From Chloroflexota bacterium (lineage in GTDB: Bacteria > Chloroflexota > Anaerolineae > J102): a stretch of DNA of 59,593 nucleotides. A model generated the notes under the pieces. That model saw nothing but the letters and a program-made list of their open reading frames with translations. It made no database searches and was not told the origin of the DNA. The stretch's first letter is position 1, and every line of letters starts with the position of its first letter. The translations under genes and the position numbers were made by a program. This document shows positions 27,857 to 36,375 of this stretch, in pieces. The stretch spans positions 1 through 59,593 of the forward strand of contig JAADGC010000132.1 of the NCBI GenBank assembly GCA_013152585.1, read 5' to 3'.

Positions 27857-28989
27857 ACGCTCGCGAACGGGTACTAGCGGCAATCAATCATGAGGAGCCA
27901 GACCGTGTACCGATTGATCTTGGCAGTGTTGGCCCGACGGGCATTCACGTCCTGGCCTACGAACGTCTACTCAAGGTGCTCGGAATTGAAGAGGAGATCG
28001 AAATATGGGACGTAGTTGGGCAATTGGCAAAACCATCGGAGACGGTTCTGGAGTTAGTGGGCGCCGACGTACGTGGTATTCGAGTGGGGGGCAGCGCCTA
28101 CAAGCCTGTTCTCTTATCGGCCACAGAACTCGTCGACCATTGGGGGACAGTCTGGCGGCGACCCGAGGGAGGACTCTGCTTCCACCTTGCCGAGTACCCT
28201 TTGAGAAACGCTACCCAACGCGACCTGGAAAGCTACCCATGGCCTGACGGCAAGAACCCTGATTTGGTAACCGGTCTGGCAGAAAGGGCCAGGTATCTGC
28301 GGGAAAATACACCGTACGCCGTTCTCGGCGAATTTGCGGGCCATTTTTTCGAGCGGGCGCAGATGGTGCGTGGCTTCGACACGTTTCTCCTGGACCTGGC
28401 GGCTGATCGCGATTTCGCTGAGGAATTGATGGACCGTATTCTTGCCGTTGAGATCGATATCGTTTCCGCCTTTTTGGATGCGGTCAACCCCTATATTGAC
28501 ATCATCGCTTTCAAAGATGACATCGCGATGCAGAGTGGCCCGGTGATTTCCCCCCAAATGTTCCGTGAGATGATCAAGCCTCGCATGAAAAAACTGATTG
28601 AGGCTATTCGCCGCAAAACACAGGCCAAGCTGTGGTTTCATAGCTGCGGCTCAGTCTACTACGCCATCCCGGACCTGATTGAGTTGGGGGTCGAGATTCT
28701 GAACCCCGTTCAGGTTCGGGCTGCGGGCATGGACACCGCCCGCCTCAAACGCAGTTTTGGGAAGAACCTGGCGTTTTGGGGTGGGATTGATACACAGCAC
28801 GTATTGCCTTTTGGCACCCCGGAGGACGTCAAAGCCGAAGTACGGCAGCGTATCTCCGATCTGGCCCCGGGTGGGGGTTACATCCTGGCCAGTGTACATA
28901 ATATCGAAGCAGATGTGTCCGGTGAAAATGTCTGGGCAATGTATCAAGCAGCCCATCACTACGGCCGCTATCCGCTACGCCAGTCATAA
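27853..28989 (+). CDS. URO-D/MtaA-like protein, paralogue 4
   Basis: MNARERVLAAINHEEPDRVPIDLG. FHSCG. The distal position reads ASVHNIE. ATGA overlap upstream. Confidence 0.8.
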   Translation: MNARERVLAAINHEEPDRVPIDLGSVGPTGIHVLAYERLLKVLGIEEEIEIWDVVGQLAKPSETVLELVGADVRGIRVGGSAYKPVLLSATELVDHWGTVWRRPEGGLCFHLAEYPLRNATQRDLESYPWPDGKNPDLVTGLAERARYLRENTPYAVLGEFAGHFFERAQMVRGFDTFLLDLAADRDFAEELMDRILAVEIDIVSAFLDAVNPYIDIIAFKDDIAMQSGPVISPQMFREMIKPRMKKLIEAIRRKTQAKLWFHSCGSVYYAIPDLIELGVEILNPVQVRAAGMDTARLKRSFGKNLAFWGGIDTQHVLPFGTPEDVKAEVRQRISDLAPGGGYILASVHNIEADVSGENVWAMYQAAHHYGRYPLRQS

Positions 28990-28993
28990 ATTG

Positions 28994-29025
28994 CTGGTAT
29001 TCAACTACAGGAGATATGCACAATG
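28994..29025 (+). repeat. Gene-junction repeat, copy B (partner at 23918-23952)
   Basis: CTGGTATTCAACTACAGGAGATATGCACAATG. Identical to copy A except for a 3-nt indel and two substitutions. Here it is intergenic, and its ATG opens only a 12-codon ORF (29023-29061). Confidence 0.7.
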
Positions 29026-29064
29026 AAACCTAGAAATTTATTCAATATGAAGGGAGGCTGAAAA

Positions 29065-29700
29065 ATGAGTCTTGAAACTATCTACGATGCAGTACTGAGA
29101 GGTGATGCAAACGTCGCCGAATCCGAGGTGAAGGCCGCAATAGATAATGGTACCGCAGCCGAAGAGATTTTGCACCAGGCTTGCATTCCGGCGATGACCG
29201 AAGTGGGCCGGCAGTTCGAAATCGGCGAAAAATTTGTCCCCGAGATGTTAATTGCTGCCCGGGCAATGCAGGTGGCGGTCAATATCCTCAAACCGCTGCT
29301 GGTAGAAGCGGATATCAAGGCATTGGGGAAAGTGGTGATCGGCACTGTAGCCGGTGATCTGCACGACATCGGCAAGAATCTGGTTGGTATGATGCTGGAA
29401 GGGGCCGGATTTGAGATCATCGACCTGGGTACCAACGTGGCCCCTGAAAAGTTTGTGGCCGCGGTTCAGGAAAACGAAATTGATATGGTGGGAATGTCGG
29501 CCCTGTTGACCACTACGATGCCCTCCATCACCGCCACCATCGAAGCGCTGACCGAAGCCGGGGTACGGAATCAGGTCAAGGTTATCATTGGCGGTGCGCC
29601 CATTACTCAGGATTTTGCCGACAAAATTGGCGCCGATGGCTTTGCCGCTGATGCCGGTAGCGCTCCCCGTGTGGCTAAGGCACTGCTGGGGGTCGAGTAA
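29065..29700 (+). CDS. Corrinoid (cobalamin-binding) methyl-carrier protein, MtaC/MtbC/MttC-like
   Basis: Helical cap domain followed by a B12-binding Rossmann domain with the full signature D-x-H-x-x-G (GDLHDIGKN) ... S-x-L (MSALLTTTM) ... G-G (VIIGGAP). AAGGGAGG RBS. Confidence 0.9.
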   Translation: MSLETIYDAVLRGDANVAESEVKAAIDNGTAAEEILHQACIPAMTEVGRQFEIGEKFVPEMLIAARAMQVAVNILKPLLVEADIKALGKVVIGTVAGDLHDIGKNLVGMMLEGAGFEIIDLGTNVAPEKFVAAVQENEIDMVGMSALLTTTMPSITATIEALTEAGVRNQVKVIIGGAPITQDFADKIGADGFAADAGSAPRVAKALLGVE

Positions 29701-29745
29701 TACATCTTCTGCTACTTCTCACTAAACCAAATCGGAGGCAAAACC

Positions 29746-30738
29746 ATGAGTCAAAAACCGCAACGCCTGGTATATCTAAACGGTGAATTTGTGCCGGAGA
29801 TAGAGGCGAATATCTCAATCTATGATTCGGCGCTGATGTTCGGTGACATGGTGTTCGAGATGACACGCTCCTTTAACAAGAAACAATTTATGCTGCGTCA
29901 ACATCTCGAACGCTTATACCGCGGCGTCAGGCAGCTTCGAATACCGCTCAAGATTTCTATCGAGGAAATGGAACAACTTGTCTACCAGACCATGGAAGCC
30001 AACGAGCCGGCGTTTGCACCTCGCGACGAGCACCGCATGATGATTGATGTTTCCCGGGGACCGCTGGGTATGTACCGAATGGTCTTCGGTGGCAAGGTCG
30101 AACCGACGGTTGTGATCGCCGACTTTCCGGTCAAGTGGACTGTGGCCTCACTGGCACATTTCTACGACGACGGTATCCACGCCATAACGCCATCGCAACG
30201 GGCGATCCCATCACAACTACTCGAACAGAAAATCAAGAATCGCAGCCGTTTGCATTTCTTGTTTGCTAATCTGCAAGTTTCCCTGGCTGACGATCCCAAC
30301 GCAATGGCTCTGCTCCTTGATCCGGATGGTCTCATTGCCGAGGCCACGGGGGCCAATTTCTTCATTGTCGTGGATGGGAAGCTCCTGACGCCGGAAGGCC
30401 GCAATATTCTGCGCGGCACCAGACGGGCGTACATCCTTGATCTGGCTCACCGCTTAGGGCTTGAAGCTCAAGAGAAAAATATCGACTTGTACGACGCAAT
30501 CCATGCGGACGAAGCGTTCTTCACCTCCACAGCCTTTTCGATGTTGCCCTGCACCAAAATCAATGGCCTGACCATTGGTGGTGGGAAGATGGGGCCTATA
30601 TTCAAGCGTCTCATCGCAGCCTGGAGCGAGGAGGTCGGAGTAGATATTATTGCCCAGACAAAAGCCTTTGCTGCTGAGGCAGATGCAGCCCTTTCCTCCG
30701 GAGCCAGTACATACCGGTTCAGCGAGGAAGAAGAATGA
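29746..30738 (+). CDS. Class IV PLP aminotransferase (branched-chain / D-amino-acid aminotransferase fold)
   Basis: ISIYDSALMFGDMVFEMTRSF, LEQKIKNRSRL, ATGANFFIV, GTRRAYILDLA. Confidence 0.85.
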   Translation: MSQKPQRLVYLNGEFVPEIEANISIYDSALMFGDMVFEMTRSFNKKQFMLRQHLERLYRGVRQLRIPLKISIEEMEQLVYQTMEANEPAFAPRDEHRMMIDVSRGPLGMYRMVFGGKVEPTVVIADFPVKWTVASLAHFYDDGIHAITPSQRAIPSQLLEQKIKNRSRLHFLFANLQVSLADDPNAMALLLDPDGLIAEATGANFFIVVDGKLLTPEGRNILRGTRRAYILDLAHRLGLEAQEKNIDLYDAIHADEAFFTSTAFSMLPCTKINGLTIGGGKMGPIFKRLIAAWSEEVGVDIIAQTKAFAAEADAALSSGASTYRFSEEEE

Positions 30739-30813
30739 GTGGCCCTATGCCGCCCTACGGGCGTCAGAATCAAGCAACCGACAGTACAGCTCTACCAGGA
30801 GGCACTGAAAATA

Positions 30814-31857
30814 ATGAGCAACAAAGAGTCAACAATGGCCGATCTGACTAAAGAGGAGTTGCTCGGAATGTATCGCCAGATGCACCGCATCCGTGCTTTC
30901 GAGATGGCAGTGTACGATGGGGTGCAGCGGGGCGTGATTGCCGGTGGCCCTCATTTGTACGTTGGCGAAGAGGCAGTCGCCGTTGGTGTGTGCACCACCC
31001 TGCGTCCCATGGACTATATCACCAGCACCCATCGCGGCCATGGCCATCTGATCGCCAAGGGTGGGCAGTTGAAGCCAATGATGGCCGAAATACTGGGCAA
31101 GGCCACCGGGTATTGCAAGGGCAAGGGAGGTTCTATGCACATTGCCGATCTGAACCTTGGCATTCTGGGCGCCAACGGTATCGTGGGCGGTGGTCTTCCC
31201 ACTGCTGTCGGCGCTGCACTCTCAAGCAAGCTCAAGCAGGGGGGCTGGGTAGTGGCCAGCTTTTTTGGGGATGGCGCAGCCAACACCGGCTCTTTTCATG
31301 AGTCACTCAATCTCGCCGCGGCCTGGAAACTACCGGTTATCTTCGTATGCGAAAACAATACTTTCGCTATGTTCACCCCCATGGAGTGGACCACTGCGAT
31401 CAAAGATCTCTCTGCTCGTGCCGCCGCCTACGGCATGGTCGGTACGACCGTTGACGGCAACGATGTTCTGGCAGTTTACCGGGCAGCGGTTGAGGCCAGA
31501 GAGAGGGCGTTGGCCGGCGAAGGGCCAACGCTGCTTGAATGCAAAACCTACCGGTTTTTGGGGCATTACGTCGGTGACCCTGAAGACTATCGAAAGCCTG
31601 GGGAGGTCGAGATGCACAAGAAGAATGACCCCTTGCCTCGCTTCGAGAAGGTTTTGATAGAAGCCGGCATGATAAACAAGGAATTGATGCAGCAAATGAT
31701 GGCTGAGACGCGGCAAGAAGCCAAGGAGGCGTTGGAGTTTGCCCTTTCCAGCCCCGACCCTGACCCTTCTGAGCTGACCATGGATGTCCGCCGCCCGTTC
31801 AAACCGTTGGGAGATTTAGAGCGTGTCTCCTACATTGTCGAGGAAGGAGTAGGCTAA
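30814..31857 (+). CDS. TPP-dependent dehydrogenase E1 alpha subunit (copy 2)
   Basis: ATG 30814 lies 10 nt after AGGAGG. TSTHRGHGHLIAKG, GKGGSMH, GDGAANTGSFHESLNLAAAWKLPVIFVCENN, YRFLGHYVGD. Confidence 0.9.
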   Translation: MSNKESTMADLTKEELLGMYRQMHRIRAFEMAVYDGVQRGVIAGGPHLYVGEEAVAVGVCTTLRPMDYITSTHRGHGHLIAKGGQLKPMMAEILGKATGYCKGKGGSMHIADLNLGILGANGIVGGGLPTAVGAALSSKLKQGGWVVASFFGDGAANTGSFHESLNLAAAWKLPVIFVCENNTFAMFTPMEWTTAIKDLSARAAAYGMVGTTVDGNDVLAVYRAAVEARERALAGEGPTLLECKTYRFLGHYVGDPEDYRKPGEVEMHKKNDPLPRFEKVLIEAGMINKELMQQMMAETRQEAKEALEFALSSPDPDPSELTMDVRRPFKPLGDLERVSYIVEEGVG

Positions 31858-32849
31858 TGTCAATGAGAGAGATCAGCTATTTGCAGGCACTGAATGAGGC
31901 CCTCCACGAAGAGATGGCTCGCGACATGGATGTGTTTATTATGGGTGAAGATATCGGGTTGGGCAAAGGAACGCTCGGCGTGACCGAAGGCCTGCGCCAT
32001 GAATTTGGCCCTGAGCGAGTGCGCAATACCCCTATTTCAGAGCAGGCTCTGGTCGGAGCAGCCTTGGGGGCCGCTCTGACCGGCTGTCGTCCCATTGTTG
32101 AATTGATGTTTATTGATTTGCTCGGCGTTTGCATGGACCAGGTCGCCAACCAGGTTGCCAAGGTTACCTACATGTCTGGCGGAAAGGCACGGCCGGCGCT
32201 GGTGATTCGCACGCAAGAGGGGGTGGGCTTGGGACTGGCTGCCCAGCACTCTCAAAGCCTGGAGGCCTGGTTAGTCCACATACCCGGGTTGATCGTCGTA
32301 GCCCCTTCTACCCCCTTTGACGCTAAGGGGCTGCTGAAGACCGCCGTTCGAGATGACAACCCGGTTTTCTTTATTGAGCATAAGTTGCTCTATTCGCTGA
32401 AAGGCCCCGTTCCCGAAGAAGAGTATCTGGTTCCCCTGGGAGTGGCGGATATAAAGCGAAAGGGTAGAGACGTTACGATTGTCGCTACCTCACACCAGGT
32501 TCAGTATGCTCTGGCGGCAGCGACCACCCTGGCCCTGGAGGGAACCGAAGCTGAGGTGATTGATCCACGCACGCTCAACCCCCTGGATGTCGAAACCATC
32601 GCCGAGTCGGTTCGCCGCACCCATCGGTTAGTTGTGGTGAATGAGGGCTGCCGCACCGGCGGCTACGCCTCCGAGGTGGCCGCCACGTTGGGCGAGCACG
32701 TCTTTGAATACCTGGATGCGCCCATTATGCGGGTAGCCGCCAAGGATGCTCCTATTCCGGCCAATCTCCAGCTTGAGAGGGAGGTGGTTCCAAAAGAAGA
32801 AGACATCCTGACTACAGTGCGCCAGATGGTGGGGAGCTCAGGCTGGTGA
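31857..32849 (+). CDS. E1 beta subunit (copy 2)
   Basis: NTPISEQALVGAALGAALTGCRP and a C-terminal transketolase domain. TAATG junction with E1 alpha. Confidence 0.9.
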   Translation: MSMREISYLQALNEALHEEMARDMDVFIMGEDIGLGKGTLGVTEGLRHEFGPERVRNTPISEQALVGAALGAALTGCRPIVELMFIDLLGVCMDQVANQVAKVTYMSGGKARPALVIRTQEGVGLGLAAQHSQSLEAWLVHIPGLIVVAPSTPFDAKGLLKTAVRDDNPVFFIEHKLLYSLKGPVPEEEYLVPLGVADIKRKGRDVTIVATSHQVQYALAAATTLALEGTEAEVIDPRTLNPLDVETIAESVRRTHRLVVVNEGCRTGGYASEVAATLGEHVFEYLDAPIMRVAAKDAPIPANLQLEREVVPKEEDILTTVRQMVGSSGW

Positions 32850-34033
32850 ACACTGAGATACGTATGCCTCAACTGGGTATGATGATGGTTGCGGGTACCC
32901 TCACGCACTGGCTGGTGGCAGATGGGGCCAGCGTCAAAAAGGGTGAGGAACTACTCGAAATCGAAACAGACAAAGTTGTCCAGACGATCACGGCCCCTGT
33001 AGACGGTGTAGTTAAATATGTCGCTGCCGAGGGGGAGGTTGTACCAGTTCTGCAAGTGCTGGGGTACATCTTGACAGTTGGTGAGGTGGCAGCCGAGCCA
33101 GGGGAGCAGAGTCCTCGGTCCGTGGCAGTGCCTCCATCCTCCGTACCTCTTGCACAAGTGCCCGGAGCAGGCCCGGCTGGGAGAATACGCTCCACCCCCA
33201 TCGCCCGCCGAATCGCGGCACTGCACGGTATTGACCTGGCCACGCTCGTAGGCAGCGGCCCAGGTGCGCGGATCGTGGAGGCTGACGTACGGGCGGCGGT
33301 ACAAAAAGCGGCCGCTCTCCTCAAGGAGCCACAGCGACGTGTGCTGCGAAGCATCCCGCTAACCGGACGGCGTGCGGTGATAGCCCGACGTATGGTAGAA
33401 AGCCTGGCCCAACGGGCACAGCTTACCATCGTCCGAGAAATAGACGCTACTGAATTGGTCAAGACACGTCAAGCCCTGGTGGCGCGCGCATCCGAACTCG
33501 GGGTCCGCGTCAGCTACGATGCCATCCTGGCCAAGGCGCTGGCAACTGCCCTGACCGAACAGCCAATCTTGAATGCGAGCATCGAGTCCGGGGTGATCGT
33601 GGTCTGGGAAGAGGTGAATGTGGGCATCGCCATTGCCACCCCAGTCGGGTTGGTCGTGCCGGTGGTGCCTAATGCGCACTCGCGGCCCCTGGTCGAAATC
33701 GCCGGCGCTATCGAAGATTTTGCTACACGGGCGGCGAATAGGAAGCTGTTGCCCGACGAGATGACCGGAGGAACGGTTACTATAACAAATGTAGGGTTGT
33801 TTGGCATTGACCTTTTTACGCCGATTCTGAATCCACCGGAGTCGGCCATTCTCGGCCTGGGGCGAATCGCGTCCCGTCCGTTTGTCGTCGGCGAGAGACT
33901 TACCGTGCGCCCAACGCTGCATCTTTCGCTGACATGGGACCACCAGGTGACCGATGGAGCGGAGGCGGGACAATTACTGGGGCGCATTGCCGAAATGATT
34001 GGGGATCGTCGTTACCTGTCCAGCCTTGCTTAG
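32846..34033 (+). CDS. Dihydrolipoamide acyltransferase E2 (copy 2)
   Basis: GTG start overlapping the E1 beta TGA. Lipoyl domain EIETDKVVQTITA, a single PSBD (STPIARRIAALHGIDL), catalytic WDHQVTDGA. Confidence 0.9.
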   Translation: MNTEIRMPQLGMMMVAGTLTHWLVADGASVKKGEELLEIETDKVVQTITAPVDGVVKYVAAEGEVVPVLQVLGYILTVGEVAAEPGEQSPRSVAVPPSSVPLAQVPGAGPAGRIRSTPIARRIAALHGIDLATLVGSGPGARIVEADVRAAVQKAAALLKEPQRRVLRSIPLTGRRAVIARRMVESLAQRAQLTIVREIDATELVKTRQALVARASELGVRVSYDAILAKALATALTEQPILNASIESGVIVVWEEVNVGIAIATPVGLVVPVVPNAHSRPLVEIAGAIEDFATRAANRKLLPDEMTGGTVTITNVGLFGIDLFTPILNPPESAILGLGRIASRPFVVGERLTVRPTLHLSLTWDHQVTDGAEAGQLLGRIAEMIGDRRYLSSLA

Positions 34034-34273
34034 TCCGATAAAGTCTATTTTCCATTCAACAGAAGGGTACTATTGCCCAAGAATCAACGGCATTTTAGCA
34101 GAGCAGAATCACCGAGATTTTCTAAAAAACCAGCCAGCCAGAATTATGTCGCTATCATCGGCATTCGGTCATTTTGTAGAAATGCCTTCGAGTTTTTTGT
34201 AAAGTATTTTTATTGTCGAAGAATTCAAGGAATCAAACCAGCACCACAAGTTATTAGTTTAGGAGGCACATAG

Positions 34274-35044
34274 ATGTATCTGAAGGAACGTTTGGCGGCC
34301 GGGCATTGCCAGATCGGGGCAGGCATATACTCCAACTCACCTGACTTGGTTGAGCTTGTAGCGAGGGACATGGATTGGATATGGTGGGAAGCCCAGCACT
34401 CGCACGCAGATTGGCAGACTATCGTTCACGGGGTGCGCACCGCGTATGGGATGCGGATACCGGTGCTGGTCAGAACCTGGACTCATAACGGCGATACGAT
34501 CGAAAGGCTACTCGACACCGGCGCAGAGGGGATCATTGTACCAATGGTCAATACACCCGAGCAGGCTGAAGAGATTGTCTCCCGCTGTTACTATCCGCCG
34601 CTTGGCAATCGTTCGTGTGGTTCAGTTCGGATGGAGAGTATCGAGATGGACCTGAACGAGTGGAACAAGCGCATTATCACCGTTATGATGATTGAAACGC
34701 CTGAGGCTGTAAAGAACGCCGAGTCCATTGCCGGCGTCCCGGGCGTGGATGGTCTGTTAATCGGCGCCCGGGACCTGGCAATACGGATTCTTGGCAAGAG
34801 CGTGGATAATGACGCTGCATTCCCCCATGTTAAGCGCGAAATGGATCATGTCGTCAGGGTTTGTCAGCAGACCGGCAAGGCTGCCGGGATAATTGCCTTA
34901 ACACCGGATGCATTGGCGGCGCGTATCCAGGAGGGGTACCGCTTGATCTGTGCTGGTATGGATGTGGACCATCTTCGGGCTACCTACCGTCGAATGAGAG
35001 AGACCGCCCAGGAAGCCATAGATATGGAGGTGACATCATTATAA
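34274..35044 (+). CDS. HpcH/HpaI-family 2-keto-3-deoxy-acid aldolase
   Basis: 256 aa. DWIWWEAQH, VLVRT, IIVPMVNTPEQAEEIV, MMIETPEAV and GVDGLLIGARDL match the HpcH/HpaI (class II pyruvate aldolase) pattern. AGGAGG RBS. Confidence 0.85.
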   Translation: MYLKERLAAGHCQIGAGIYSNSPDLVELVARDMDWIWWEAQHSHADWQTIVHGVRTAYGMRIPVLVRTWTHNGDTIERLLDTGAEGIIVPMVNTPEQAEEIVSRCYYPPLGNRSCGSVRMESIEMDLNEWNKRIITVMMIETPEAVKNAESIAGVPGVDGLLIGARDLAIRILGKSVDNDAAFPHVKREMDHVVRVCQQTGKAAGIIALTPDALAARIQEGYRLICAGMDVDHLRATYRRMRETAQEAIDMEVTSL

Positions 35045-36204
35045 AAAGCCGACAGATACCCAAGTTTGACTACAGTACGCCCTCTACAGCTTTGACGCAG
35101 CTCCTGGAGTGGATCGAAGAGCGCATAGACCTGGATCATGTCGCTGCTGTGGAAGAGCGACACATCAAGGCTCTACAGTGGGAGCCAGTGGATCGGCCGC
35201 CGGTAACCTTCTCTGCGCCAGTATCCGAGCCCTTCGTCGTGTATCCATACGCCCAGGCATTTCACGATTCGGCCAAGATGATGGTGAACGAATTGATAGG
35301 GCCTTATGCCGCGATGGGTCCATCCCCAAGCATTGTCAACAGCGTGCTCATCAAGGATGATTATCCTTTGCAGATACGGGCCTTTTACGGTGTGGGACTC
35401 TTCGTTTCGTTTTTTGGCGCCAAAAGCGAGATAATCGGGGATAACTTCCCCTGGACACAGCCGATTGGCCTTGAGACGTTGAAGCGACATGTCGCACGCG
35501 GTGTACCAGAACTAAAAAGCGAACTCTCCCAACGCGCTCTGGACACGATGGCCTATTATAAGGAGGTTCTGGCACCCTATCCGAAATGCCGACAGGCCAT
35601 CCACATCACTCAGCCTGATCTGCAAGGACCTTTTGAAAATGCCGTTCATTTGTGGGGGAGTGACATCTTTACCGCGTTTTACGATTGTCCTGATTTCCTG
35701 AGAGAATTACTCGACCTGTTGGCCGAGACGTGGGTGCTCGCCTGTCGCAAGTTCGCTGCTGAATCTACCGAGACTGCCCGAGAAGATTTCATTTATCTAC
35801 ACTTCACTATTGTAAAGGGAAAGGGCCTACTTAAAGATGACTCGACCGTCATGCTTTCTCCCCAAATCTACTCCGAATTCATCCGGCCCTTGAATGAGAA
35901 GGTGTTTCACGCTCTGGGAACTGGCGGCATCCATTGGTGTGGAAATGGTGACCAGTGGCGATCTAAGCTTATGGATACCAAAGGTCTGGCGTGCATTGAT
36001 TGGGGGAATCCTGACATGATCGACCTGCCTGCCTGGGCCACAATTCTCAGAGAACGCCGCCTGCCCGTTGCCAGAATGGAATGGAAGTCAAATGTTTTTT
36101 CCGAAATTGTCCCCGCACAACTATTCCCGACTGGGGCCTCCTTTGTCGTTATGGTAGACGATTTTGAACAAGCAAGGGCAATGGTCCAAAATGGAACAGT
36201 ATAA
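35038..36204 (+). CDS. Divergent URO-D-like protein, paralogue 5 (start uncertain; ATT 35038 or TTG 35092)
   Basis: EERHIKALQWEPVDRPPV aligns with the RERVLAAINHEEPDRVPI motif of the paralogues. GGIHWCG sits at the HxCG position. No ATG/GTG/TTG is in frame between 34930 and 35091; ATT 35038 lies 7 nt after GGAGG. Confidence 0.55.
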   Translation: MIKSRQIPKFDYSTPSTALTQLLEWIEERIDLDHVAAVEERHIKALQWEPVDRPPVTFSAPVSEPFVVYPYAQAFHDSAKMMVNELIGPYAAMGPSPSIVNSVLIKDDYPLQIRAFYGVGLFVSFFGAKSEIIGDNFPWTQPIGLETLKRHVARGVPELKSELSQRALDTMAYYKEVLAPYPKCRQAIHITQPDLQGPFENAVHLWGSDIFTAFYDCPDFLRELLDLLAETWVLACRKFAAESTETAREDFIYLHFTIVKGKGLLKDDSTVMLSPQIYSEFIRPLNEKVFHALGTGGIHWCGNGDQWRSKLMDTKGLACIDWGNPDMIDLPAWATILRERRLPVARMEWKSNVFSEIVPAQLFPTGASFVVMVDDFEQARAMVQNGTV

Positions 36205-36375
36205 CTGGCATCTTGGAGACGACAAGATGAAGTCTTTCGACAACAGTATCAGGTTTTCCGAAGAAACGATTCTTTCAGTAAACGCGTAGGTTGACGCGCT
36301 GCAAGCTACAATCATGTATTACCCGTGAAACCCACGGAGTTCGATATCCTCATCATGGAGAGACAAGTGAAAGAT

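Noticed and set aside
36205-36375. TTGACG...TACAAT in the spacer before the DapA-like gene
   Set aside because: The two hexamers are only 10 nt apart, which is incompatible with a sigma70 promoter. No other signal was seen.
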